A model generated the notes under the pieces. That model worked only from the letters and a program-made list of their open reading frames with translations, did no database searches and was not told where the DNA came from. The position numbers and the translations under genes are program-made. A stretch of DNA of 64,000 nt, from contig JBHGNT010000003.1 of the NCBI GenBank assembly GCA_043228905.1, positions 24,552,001 to 24,616,000 on the forward strand, given 5' to 3'. The stretch's first letter is position 1. Every line of letters starts with the position of its first letter. The DNA comes from Azolla caroliniana. Taxonomy: Eukaryota; Plantae; Polypodiophyta. Positions 37,228-47,026 of the stretch are shown piece after piece.

Positions 37228-39344
37228 TCTCGGTTATCGGAGCCGAGGGAGTTGCGGTTACGCTCGTGGTTCGGCCTAACCGTCAAAAACTGGACCGAAT
37301 GGCGCCCGTCCTGGCTCTTGACCCGCGCATAGGCCGAACCGTTGTCCAGCACCTTGGTCTCCATTCGAGCCGCCGTGATGTACGGCTCCCCCAGTATGAC
37401 GGGGTGCGATGACGACTCCTGCACGAAGAAGTGCTGGTCTATCTCGACATCGCCGATCTTGACCCGTACATTCGGGCAGGCCCCGTGAAGTTCCTCGGTG
37501 GCGCGCGTCGCCGCCCTTATCTTCCACCCGTGCTTGGTGTTGATCGGCCATTTGCCCTTCTTATAGAAGTCCATGGACATCAGGTTGATTTCCGATCCGT
37601 GGTCCACCAAAGCTACTACCGGTTCCTGGACATCGCCGATCTTTACCGGGGTTTCCGTGGTCGCTCGGGCCCAGTGTGGCCGCGAATAGTGGCTCTCCGC
37701 CCACTCGTCTTCCAGCGCCATGTCGTCCAGGTGCGTCGCCCGCACTTCCACCGGTCTTTCCGGTTCTGTCTCCGTTGACAGCCTCTTCCGTTTCACCAAG
37801 TCCACGATGGAGTCGTGGAACTCCTTCTTGGCGATTCCCAGCACCTCCCGTAGCGACAACTCCACCTTGCTGTCGAGGATCCGTTCCTCCAGGACCTTCC
37901 GTAAGTCCGTGGTTCTTTCTATCTCCGTCCCCAGACGGTACCCGCCCTTCTGGGGTTTATCTTGCATACCGGCCCCGCCGGCTTCGTCCCGTCGTGGCCC
38001 GGACCGGGTCTCGTATCGTTGCGAGGGCCCGGTCGTCCCGGGTTTCGCCACCCGCCTCTCTTCTACCAGAGCCTCGTAGTTCCGGCAAGCGGCTTCCACG
38101 AAGCCCGTCTTTTCCTCGACCGGGTCGCTCCACCCGGTCATCTCCCGTACCCGTTTCTCCGCACGGTCCGATTCCTCCCTTTTAAGCCCTGCACCGGCAA
38201 GGCCTTCTAGCATCGTCGGCCAGAATCCGGCTTTGCTTTCCTTTCGGGCCTCGCCGCCCCCGACTCGAATGCCGGCCGACGCCGAGTAGTGGACGGTTTC
38301 CGCGTGTCGGGCCGCCGCCTCTTCCATCACCCTTTTCATACCACCTCGCCCGTCGTTTCGGCTCAGGGCCCTTCGGGTGTCGCTGGCATGCACCCGTCCT
38401 TCCCACAGGTACACCACCCTGTTCCTCAGCGCCTCCGCAAAGTCGCCGCAGTCCTTCCGAATGTGGCCGACTTCATCGCACCACATGCACCTGTTTCCTG
38501 CCGCCGGCCGTCGGTCACGAGCCGGTTCGCCTCCTTCCCTTCGGGCCTGCGCGATTTGGAGGTCCTTTATCGCCTTCGTCAGTTCCTCCAACGCAGCTCC
38601 TCCAGTCGAGCCTCTGATCACGCCGGTCGGAGCTGAACCGGATTCCAGCCACTCCCGAGTCTCTTCCCTTCGCACCGGCTGCGCCGGCTCGAGTTTCCTC
38701 GCCGCGACTGAGCCCGACCCGGCTGCCCTGTCATCCTCCCATTCTCGCCGTTTGTCGAAACGGCCGCAGGCTCTCTTGACCGCCGCCCAGTCGGCTGTCA
38801 GCCCGTCTTCGGTTTCTAGCAGGGCGCCCACGTGACTCCGATCCCTCTCGTCAACCGATTTGACGAACAGCAGGACCCGGCTTGTATCCAGGACCATCCT
38901 GTCAAGCGCCGAAAGGCGCGCGAAGTTCTCCTCGAACTCCCGGAGGAGTGCCGACGCATTCCTTCCTTTCCCGGGAGACTCCACCCACTCCATGAAGCTT
39001 CGCTTCGAAAGCCGGAGCGCGTCGTCCAGTCCGTATTTTTCCAGGAGCCGACCTTCAAACTCCTCCCAGGTACGGCTCTCCGCCCGCACCTCGAGCACCT
39101 CTGCGTGGATGCTCGGCATCGCCACTCGGGGAAAACCGGCAAGGCGCCTGTCTTCCGGAATGTCCCGCATTAACATTTCCGCACCGTAGGACGCCAGGTA
39201 CTTCGTGGCATCTTTTCCGGTGAATCGACCGATCGTTCCGACGACCGCCTCAATAGCTCTATCGAGGGCGCCGGTGCCCTCGCGCGCGCTTACTATCCGA
39301 TCCACGGCCGAAGCCATGGCCTCTGCAAGATCCGCCCCCTTCAT
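37218..39344 (-). CDS. gag: Gag-protease ORF of Gypsy-A (708 aa)
   Basis: Zinc knuckle CMWCDEVGHIRKDC; aspartic protease motif ALVDHGSEINLM...VILGEPY. Confidence 0.9.
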   Translation of the reverse strand: MKGADLAEAMASAVDRIVSAREGTGALDRAIEAVVGTIGRFTGKDATKYLASYGAEMLMRDIPEDRRLAGFPRVAMPSIHAEVLEVRAESRTWEEFEGRLLEKYGLDDALRLSKRSFMEWVESPGKGRNASALLREFEENFARLSALDRMVLDTSRVLLFVKSVDERDRSHVGALLETEDGLTADWAAVKRACGRFDKRREWEDDRAAGSGSVAARKLEPAQPVRREETREWLESGSAPTGVIRGSTGGAALEELTKAIKDLQIAQARREGGEPARDRRPAAGNRCMWCDEVGHIRKDCGDFAEALRNRVVYLWEGRVHASDTRRALSRNDGRGGMKRVMEEAAARHAETVHYSASAGIRVGGGEARKESKAGFWPTMLEGLAGAGLKREESDRAEKRVREMTGWSDPVEEKTGFVEAACRNYEALVEERRVAKPGTTGPSQRYETRSGPRRDEAGGAGMQDKPQKGGYRLGTEIERTTDLRKVLEERILDSKVELSLREVLGIAKKEFHDSIVDLVKRKRLSTETEPERPVEVRATHLDDMALEDEWAESHYSRPHWARATTETPVKIGDVQEPVVALVDHGSEINLMSMDFYKKGKWPINTKHGWKIRAATRATEELHGACPNVRVKIGDVEIDQHFFVQESSSHPVILGEPYITAARMETKVLDNGSAYARVKSQDGRHSVQFLTVRPNHERNRNSLGSDNREDF

Positions 39345-39366
39345 TTCCTACTCTTCTGCCGCCTCT

Positions 39367-39384
39367 TTCACGTCGGGTTCACCA
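39367..39384 (-). other. Primer binding site complementary to tRNA-Trp (Gypsy-A)
   Basis: Plus strand TTCACGTCGGGTTCACCA equals the 3' 18 nt of plant cytosolic tRNA-Trp including CCA (tRNA sequence recalled, not searched). Confidence 0.85.
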
Positions 39385-42300
39385 AGATGTCGGGGTTGCT
39401 ACGCCCTTGCGTTGTCGGGGTTGCTACGCCCTTGCGTGTAGAAAGGAGGAGGGACCACGGGGGTCTCGAACCGAAGAGCAAGAGAGAGAGGAGTAAGAGA
39501 GAGAGACCCGATTACACAGAACCGAAGATCCGATTGCGCAGAACCGACGATTGCACAGGGACACGGCCCAACAAATAGAGATCACAAATAAACGCCGACG
39601 CAGATGGACGCAACAACGAGAGATATGTGCTTATGAATGCAAGAAAAGAACAGACTAAAGTGTTACAACCCACGGTGGGGCACAAAAAAAAAAGATACTA
39701 ACGAAAACGAACAGGGCGGCGAACAGCTGCCGACCCCTGTATGTCGCGACGCACAAAAGGGAAAACAGGTCGGAGGTGCTGCAGGACGCACTCGGGGCGT
39801 TCCACGGAACAGCGCAAGCCTCCTCGAAACCTGCACAGGTACGCGATGGAGCAGAAGACAGAGAGAGCAGGAGTGAGAGAGAAGCTCCGAAATCGGTTCG
39901 GCAACACTTCGTCCTCTCCGCGGGAGATACCCCACTTCTATTCTTCCTCTTCCTTTTATAGCCCGTCAAGAGGCCGTTTGGCATTAACTGCATACCAACC
40001 GAATCTACCCACCTAGGATCCTCGTATGTACCTACTTCGTCCTTAGGTACTTCTTGGCGCGCGTGTGTGTGTAGAGCCGTTTCCCACGCCTTGTTCCTCC
40101 GATTCCTCTTGTGGGCGGTTTTCTTCACGACACCGCGGTGAACTCTTGCAAATTGCCTTGCCATCTAGCTTCGGCTGCTTTGGTCATCCTTGGTCCCACA
40201 TAAATTTCTCTTTGTTGTGGATGGACTAAGCTGTCATTAATCGCATTTGCTAGTTGCTCCGGAGTTCTATTTACGCGATCATGTTGCAGCGACCATGTGA
40301 ATGGCGTTTCCAAATTCCAATTATCACCAGATACACAATTGTCTATAATTCCTTTCTGATCACTATAAAATACATCCCACCATGACGTGTCTTGTTGTGT
40401 GGCATATTTCTTGGCGGCCTCAATATGCTTTCTTTTTTCTTCTAAGGCTTGGAGCCATGACCGTTTTTGTTCTGATACCAAGTCGCTCTGCAACTGTCCT
40501 TTCTTCTCAATTGGCATTTGCTTAGCTCCATGGACAATTGTACTCGGCATACAAAGTAATAACTGGCAACCACCTTCAGGTTCCCATGTTGTAGAAGATG
40601 AATATTGTTTAGCATACAAAAGTGTAGAACCACTTATTCCATTTTTCTTTATCATAAAAATGTGATTGAAACTTATATTGTTTAACTGAGCAAGCACTTT
40701 AACATTCCCACCACCCCCATCTGATATATATCTCTTAAAGTCATATACCGCCTTCAAGTGTAACACTTTTGGGCGTGGTGTATATGCATCACAAATGACA
40801 TCAAATAGTTTGGAGATCGACAACAGTCAAAGTCGAGAACTAGTTGACCATACGATCTCTGCACCCATTGCAGAAAATCTGGTCACAACATTTCCGACTG
40901 TTGGTTGATCAAGAGGAAAGAGAGTGGTCAGCGATCCGAGCGGAATCGAGGACGATACGACTCGAACAACTCGTCAATTGGCAACCAAATCAATGTTGCT
41001 GACTCCCAATAAGGGGGAATCCTCTCTCTCGAGGACTTGGTGATCGGAGAAGTCATGTACAGTGCGCAAGACACACATACGTGGTTACTGGACTCCGGTG
41101 CTACATTCCACGTGACCCCTAACATCGAATGGTTTTCGAACTATTCAGCTGGCGCTAGCGGCACAGTTTGGCTAGGCAATGGGCAGGAATACCAAATCGC
41201 CAGAGTAGGCGAAATACCAATTCAATTGTCGAATGGCAACACAATTGCCCTGCACTAAGTTCGGCATGTACCGGCACTGAAAAGGAGTCTGGTCTCCATC
41301 GTCATGTTGGCCGAAGACGGGTACAAAACGACTCTTAGTGAGTCAGCATGGTTGATCAACCAAGGGAACCTAAAGATCGAAAACAGACACAAGTACAATA
41401 ACTTGTATCCATAGATGGCGATCCATCCAGAAAGGGGTGTGAACATAGCCAAAATGACCGACCCGAACTTATGGCATGACCGACTCGGCCATATGTCGCA
41501 AGCCGGACTGGATCGGCTAATGGCGGCCAGCTACATCCCGAAACTCTTGGTGAAGACGAACTTCTGCGAGCATTATCATTATGGGAAACAGACCCGAAGT
41601 CTACACTCTCTCCATTACGAGACGGTACAACAACCCTAGAGCTCGTGCACATAGATATATGTGGGCCTATCCCTGAGAGATCACTAGGTGGCTCCCAGTA
41701 GTTCATCACATTTGTAGATGATTGTACACAGAAAGTTTGGGCCTATTCGATTAGGTCGAAAGACAAAGCGCTCTAGGTCTTCACTCGGTGGATAGGTGAA
41801 GTGGAGAACCGGTCGGGACACAGAGTGAAGACATTCCGATCCGACAACAGAGGAGAATACAATTCCCGAGACAAACAATACCTATCTAACAAAGGGATTC
41901 GACATCAAAAGACCGTTCCACACACACCCATGCAGAATGGAGTGGCAGAACGGATCAACCGAACGATCCAAGAGAGGGTGACGACAATGCTCCAGCAAGC
42001 CGAACTGAAGCTGGAGTTCTGGGCCGAAGCATTACAGATGGCAGTATACCTGATAAATTTGTCACCGTCGAAAGCAATCATGTTCAAAGTGCCACAGGCA
42101 CTATGGTCAAGCAGACAACCGACCTACAAAAGGCTTTGTATATTCGGATGTGAAGCCTATGTATTCATCCTCAAGGAGAAAAGGACCAAGTTAGTCCATA
42201 TTTCTCGGTTATGGAACCAACGGGGATTTCGGCTACCGACTATGGGACCTAGAGAACTGGAAACTGATCCGGAGTAGCAACATAGTCTTCAATGAAGACT

Positions 42301-43465
42301 CTATCCTCTCTGAGCAGAACCGGTACAAAATAGTTGGTAAAAATGTATCCTTTGAAATCGACAAAAATGTCGTAGAAGGATTGTCCCACTAGGCCGAATC
42401 AGAGATTCGTCAAATAGTCGAAATCAACCAAGCCGACACAACACCCTCTGACCCTGAATTAGAAACGGGTCCACTAGTCAAAATTGATTCGACTAAGAGA
42501 TTGACAAGAACAAAATCAGCCAACCAAGGCAAAGCTGAGTCAACAAAAGTCGGGAAAGCCAAAGCCAAGAAGTGTCAAGTCGAAAACGACAGAGTCGAAG
42601 AAGACAGAGTTGATTCGACCAACGCACTCATCAAGGCTAAAGGAAATGCCAACCTGAGAATCCAGAAATAGGGGAGGATGATGTGACACCACAGAAATCC
42701 CTCTACATGGGCGAGACATCCAACAGGACTCCTGACATAAGTGTTTCAACAAATGTCGACCGACCGATAGAGCCGATTGAAGGATCCGAGCCTATCACTT
42801 CGGCACCCAGGAGATCCAGATGAGTTCGACGGCCAACAGAGTTCTATCAATCAATCGTGGACTACATCAACTACACCGATGCATGCGAACCAAGCACATA
42901 TGAAGAAGACATTTACTCGGCAGGCTTCACGGTGACAAGGGAGGAAAGTCACCTCGTATGTTGATTGAAGAAAAGCCTTTAAGCGCCAAGGATGTGGTAC
43001 CAAAAGTTCAACTCCTACATCAGGCAACTTGAATGCCGCCAATCTGACTTTGACCCATGTATGTATGCTCGGCAATTGGCTGACGAATCCAGGATCTATT
43101 TGATCCTATATGTCGACAACATGCTGATTGCAAGAAGCAATCAAGCTGAAATCGGAAAGCTAAAGCGAAGTCTTCACGAAAAGTTTGTGATGAAGGAACT
43201 CAGACAAGCCCAACCCATATTGTGCATGAGGATAGAGAGAAATCAAACAACAAAAACTCTCTAACTCTGCCACTCTGACTATATTCACAAGGTGCTGAAG
43301 CGTTTCAACATGGAGAACGCAAAGCCATCACCAACACCGCTTCCGACGCCGATCCGACTATTGGACATAGTCTCTCCTTCGATGGATAAGGAGAGAGAGC
43401 TAAATGGAAAGATACCCTACGCATCAGCCATAGGAAGTATCATGTACGCGATGGTGGCCACAACC

Positions 43466-44017
43466 GGTTTCACGTACGTATGTTCGAGTGCAAAGACCGA
43501 GATAAAGTGCATAGACAAAAAAAAACAAAAAATGAGAAACAAAGACACAAGATACTTAACATGGAAAACCCAAACTGGGAAAAATCACGAGGGTTCACAA
43601 ACCCCGAGAAACAGAATCACTATGATAGAGGTGAAGTACAATAAGAAGCTCGGAGGCAACCACCTCAAGTTCTTCTTCATCAGACTGACAGTTGTAGAGT
43701 ACTAACTTTTACACACACACACACACTCTCTCTCTCTCTCTCTCTCTTACACAGTTATAGAGGCAACTACCTTCAATGTGATAGTACAACAAAACTCATA
43801 ATAATGATAACCCTTAAAGTTTGCCCTAGTTGTTTTTATACTAAAACAATTTTTTGTCGATTTACAAGTATAGCCCATAATGGACACATTTGGACCATTT
43901 ACAAACATAGTCTCTTGAATCGGTTGCATAATCAATTTTTGATTTCGGCCTCGGCCGAGTTTCGTCTGATTCGGCATGTACTCTTCTTCCCATATGGAGG
44001 GACCTGTTTTCCCAACA
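43466..44017 (-). mobile_element. Solo LTR (Copia-like) inserted in the Copia-3 RT
   Basis: Interrupts the SIMYAMVAT|TKPNLAY motif. Minus-strand start TGTTGGGAAAAC; TSD CAACC/CGACC; contains (CA)n(CT)n. Confidence 0.75.
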
Positions 44018-45353
44018 CGACCAAACCCAATCTTGCCTATATCATACAGGTGGTCAACCGATACCTGTCAAACCCAGGACAGAAGCATTGGGAGGCCATC
44101 AAGCACATCGTCAGGTACCTAAGAGGAACCAAAGATGCACGATTGACATTTGAATCAACAAACTCGATCAAAGTCGAAGGCTACACCGACTCTGACTATG
44201 TCAAAAATTCGGACAATCAGATGTCAACATCTTCACATATGGCGGCGGCACCATATCATGGAGGTCGAAGCTGCAAGAGTGCACGACCTTGTCTACCACA
44301 GAGGCCGAGTACATAGCAGCATCAGAAGCAACTAAAGAAGCAATATGGTTGCATCGACTGTTAGCCAATTTCTTAACGACAAGTCGAATCGACCACCCAA
44401 CGTCAACGATCTATTACGATTCATAGAGTGCAATACACCTCATTCGGAAGCCAGTCTACCATGCGAAGACGAAACACATTGAAGTGCAGTATCATCATAT
44501 CCGGGAGCTTGCAACCGAGAAGAAGCTTGAAGTCCAGAAGATCAACATTGAGGTGAACATCATCGATTGCCTAATGAAGCCACTCCTAGAACAACTATTC
44601 AGAGTACTAAGGACAAGGAATGGACTATGACAAGCGAACAAGCGGAAGAACGCCAAGCAAGGAGCAGAAGGTAAGTCGAAGATCTGCCTGATTCAAACAA
44701 ACCAACCCTAATAACTAGCCGAATCAAGCTAGACACCGACTTCACCTCTGTCGACTTGGCTATATGTTGATTGACTTGTAATTATAACTTTAGATTAAAA
44801 TTGTAATCTAGGTTTACGGGGGAGATAACCCCTTACCATTATATGTAGAAAGAGTAGACCTTTTATGGGGGAGTTTGTTGGCATAAAAGGCCGACTCCTT
44901 CCACTTTGTATCCTAATGTGAATACGTCTTGAAGTTAGGGCTTGAGTATATAAGCTCAACCCTAACATTGTAACGATATTCTTCTTGAGCCTTGTAGAGA
45001 GAGTGTTACAAAAAAGAGAATAAGAGAGAACTTCCATTGAAGCTCCATTTGTGTGTTGATCCATAGTTTCTCTCTATTGTTGCACATCTGTGTCGTTTGC
45101 TATTCATTAACTCACAGGTCCTCACATGTTCTTCCCGTATATCTGCTCACAAAAGGTTGGCATCCGATGTCCACAAAAAATAAACAAAAGAAGTAGAGCA
45201 CACAAAATGAACAAAGACATGAAATGCAACCCCGTTCTTCATCCCTCAAAATGGGCAAGCACGAACCAACACGGACATTCGAGTGGGTTATTATGTCCCA
45301 TTATTTGACAACCGATGTCCACAAACAATACTCACATGTTTCTCTGCTCATAC

Positions 45354-45689
45354 TAGGGATCGGCAACGGTTCAGTTTAGGCTTAGTCGGTTTGGCTTGGA
45401 TCAGGCCAAACCGGCTAAGCCTAAACCGTTTACGATATCTCAAACTTGAGCCGAGCCAAGCCGGTTCACAAACCGGTTTAGGCACGGTTTGGTAAACGGC
45501 TTGTAAATCGGTTTAGAAACCTCCTTCTCTCTCTCTCTCAGATGATCCCCTATATACTATATACTATATAGTATACATTGTACAAGCTCTCCCTCCCACT
45601 CTCTCTCACGTAGTCTCGACTCTCTCCCTCTCTCCCCTCTATGTAGTTCCTCTCTCTCTCTCTCCCTCTCTCTCTCTCCTCGTCTCTGT

Positions 45690-45731
<42 letters not shown>

Positions 45732-45977
45732 TATATGTTGTCTCCCTCCCTCCCTCCCTCCCTCTCTCTCTCTCCCTCTCTCTCTCTCTCACTCTCTCAC
45801 TCTCTCTTTCCCCTTGTCTGTTGTCTGCCGGTTTGGCAAGGCTCAAGCCGAGCCGAGCCGAGCTCAAACCGTTAAGGCAAGTTCAAGCCTAAACCGAGCC
45901 AAGCCGAGCCGCTAAGCCGTTTTCAAGCCGGCTAAGCCAAACGGTTTAGGCTTGAGCCGAGCCGTTGCCGATCCCTA
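45354..45977. mobile_element. Non-autonomous hAT element (MITE), same TIR family as 23880-24390
   Basis: TIRs TAGGGATCGGCAACGG / CCGTTGCCGATCCCTA; perfect 8-bp TSD GCTCATAC; internal CT-rich microsatellite. Confidence 0.95.
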
Positions 45978-45980
45978 GCT

Positions 45981-46016
<36 letters not shown>

Positions 46017-47026
46017 GTCATACATACACACATACACACACACATATCGTACATACATACATATGTTCATATGTACGTACATACATAAATACACACATAC
46101 ATACATACATACATGCTCGTGTCTAATTGCTACAAAATAATGAAGAGGGTTGGCGAGGGAACTGTGACCACGAACGGTGTAGGGCGCTTGGCTGAGGGAG
46201 TGTGCAATTTGCACCGTTCGATATGGATTAAAAAAGCGCGTTAGTGAAAAAGTTGTAAGTCACTAAACACCCAACCTGACACCCTGCTCCATTTTCAAAC
46301 ACCTTGTTGATCATTTTCAGACACTCGACTCTATTTTCAAACATCCTGCTAATAATTGCTAGACACCCCATTGATAATTATCAGATACCCTGCTCAAATT
46401 AGACATTAAACCCTTGAAAAAATTCTAAATGTAAAAAAATAAAATTGACATCAAAATGTTACACAACTCCACTAAAAAACATCAATCTTCCAATTACACT
46501 AAACTTAATGCTTAAAACTTCAAATTACAAATGATATAATCACAAAATGTCCAATATCTAACTTCAACACTTAATACATATAGACAAGTTTGAACATGTA
46601 CATATACATTTTGAACATGTTGTGTAACAAGCTTTAGAAAGTGAATCAACGAATGGGGGCCCATACTGATCATAAATCAGTTATGCATTCCATAGTTCAA
46701 TAATGTTGCAATGAGTTTCTCCATCTAATGATACTCTGTAGATTTTCAAATTCCATATTGATTATGAAATTTATTATACTAAAGTTGTACTTTTAACTAT
46801 TTCATAAGTTTGTTGTATCTTTGGGCTTGTAGGTACACACACACACGCACGCATGCACGCACCCCCACACACAAGCTCAACACTTAATAGATATAGATGA
46901 GCGTGGATGACCTATGTCATACATTTTTCTGTACTTGTGATCAAATGTTCGTTGCGTGCATGATCTATGTCATACTATTTTTTCATACATTTTTTGTACT
47001 TGTGATCAAATGTTTGTTGTGCACGT

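Larger units (their letters stand above)
32913..40132 (-). mobile_element. Intact, very young Ty3/Gypsy LTR retrotransposon (non-chromovirus; Gypsy-A)
   Basis: 745-bp LTRs at 32913-33657 and 39388-40132 with about 3 mismatches; TG..CA ends; 4-bp TSD CCGC; PBS 39367-39384; PPT (minus) TTAGGTGGGGGCGGA at 33658-33672; uninterrupted ORFs. Confidence 0.97.
32035..40817 (-). mobile_element. Truncated DNA transposon (tentatively Sola-like DDE transposase C-terminal half), split by the Gypsy insertion
   Basis: ORFs 40125-40823 and 32610-32906 join in frame (EFTAG|MLIATP) once the Gypsy and one CCGC TSD copy are removed. Putative terminus GAGGGGTCCCAC at 32035; no second terminus. Confidence 0.55.
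31300..45085 (+). mobile_element. Copia-3: degenerate Copia of a different family nested in Copia-2
   Basis: gag ~31600-32034 resumes at ~40818 with zinc knuckle CTHCRKSGHNISDCW; then PR WLLDSGATFH, INT (RSDNRGEY, QNGVAER), RT (YVDN for YVDD) and RH to ~44630; LTR-like AT-rich end. Boundaries are approximate and no 5' LTR is seen. Confidence 0.8.

Noticed and set aside
39367-39384. tRNA-Trp gene
   Set aside because: Only the 3' 18 nt including CCA, adjacent to an LTR; this is a PBS (same at 50981-50998)
33180-40164. Numerous antisense and alternate-frame ORFs (e.g. 35501-36397, 36503-37279, LTR ORFs)
   Set aside because: Shadow ORFs from high GC and codon bias of gag/pol; no recognisable domains. 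No env-like or extra gene is supported
45840-45975. CRISPR-like short repeats (GAGCC/AAACCG arrays)
   Set aside because: Irregular hAT subterminal repeats without spacers, in a eukaryotic context
45985-47020. Possible Helitron/MULE-type non-autonomous element hosting Gypsy-B
   Set aside because: Short internal repeats are visible, but no definable termini or TSD
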